Positions 63,438 to 64,000 of a DNA stretch of 64,000 nt are shown in pieces; position 1 is the stretch's first letter; each line of letters begins with the position of its first letter. A model generated the notes under the pieces. The model was not told the origin of the DNA, did not search any database, and saw only the letters and a list, made by a program, of their open reading frames with translations. Source of the stretch: an uncultured cyanobacterium. GTDB taxonomy: Bacteria > Cyanobacteriota > Cyanobacteriia > Cyanobacteriales > Cyanobacteriaceae. The DNA lies in NCBI GenBank assembly GCA_963749915.1, contig CAVVOP010000005.1, forward strand, positions 192,001 through 256,000. The letters are read 5' to 3'. A program made the translations under genes and the position numbers.

Positions 63438-64000
63438 ATGGGAAAAGCCACAGGATTTTTAGAGTTTACTAGAGAATTACCCGTTGATAAAGATCCTCTT
63501 GAAAGAATCCAAAACTGGGATGAATTTCACTTACATTTACCCGAAGAAAATCTCCGTAATCAGGGTGCGAGATGTATGGACTGCGGTACGCCCTTCTGTC
63601 ACACTGGTGAACTTATCAGTGGTATGGCTAGTGGTTGCCCTGTCAATAATCTCATTCCTGAATGGAATGACTTGATTTATCGGGGTTTATGGAAAGAAGC
63701 ACTGGATCGCCTTCATAAGACTAACAACTTCCCTGAATTTACTGGTAGAGTATGTCCTGCACCCTGTGAAGGATCTTGTGTACTAGGAATCAACAATCCT
63801 CCTGTTACCATTAAAAACATAGAATGTTCTATTATAGATCACGGTTGGGATCAAGGTTGGGTAACCCCTCAACCCCCTGAAAAACAAACAGGCAAAAAGG
63901 TTGCGATTGTAGGCTCAGGCCCTGCAGGTTTATCCGCCGCCGCACAACTTAATAAGGCTGGACATTCTGTCACAGTTTACGAAAAAGACGATCGCCCTGG
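63438..64000 (+). CDS. gltD: Glutamate synthase small subunit (runs off the window)
   Basis: MGKATGFLE...[10 protein letters not shown]...[12 protein letters not shown]...GRVCPAPCE...GSGPAGL. Confidence 0.95.
   Translation, partial: MGKATGFLEFTRELPVDKDPLERIQNWDEFHLHLPEENLRNQGARCMDCGTPFCHTGELISGMASGCPVNNLIPEWNDLIYRGLWKEALDRLHKTNNFPEFTGRVCPAPCEGSCVLGINNPPVTIKNIECSIIDHGWDQGWVTPQPPEKQTGKKVAIVGSGPAGLSAAAQLNKAGHSVTVYEKDDRP

Noticed and set aside
63484..63675. 63-aa ORF in the ORF track
   Set aside because: Alternate frame of gltD, which starts at 63438 and runs off the window

Overview
AT-rich cyanobacterial chromosome segment (psbO, rpaB, crtR, hli, CRR7, many HIP1 GCGATCGC octamers), probably from a unicellular Chroococcales-type organism (inference). 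Bases 1-18.3 kb are a decaying accessory region: two inverted IS1634 copies, an intact-looking IS4, several IS5/IS1634 relics, a collapsed group II intron, pseudogenes (peptidase-type ABC transporter, arylsulfatase, DUF389) and a relic defence/toxin-antitoxin cluster, surrounding phrA, an AEC transporter and dprA. Bases 18.3-64 kb are mostly housekeeping genes (ispG, mscS-type channel, comF, cobB, dctM, moaE, amt, mini-III, mscL, prxQ, trhO, crtR, rpaB, accD, psbO, malic enzyme, clpS, asnS, partial gltD) with scattered MITE/REP/heptamer repeats. Main points for follow-up: a co-oriented light/oxidative-stress cluster (46.4-50.3 kb) containing two small genes missed by the ORF track, an apparent frameshift in essential ispG, an ATT-initiated STAS gene, and a group II intron relic whose upstream flank resembles an IscB omega/HEARO RNA end. 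No CRISPR array, tRNA or rRNA was seen. All family assignments come from recognising motifs by eye, not from database searches.
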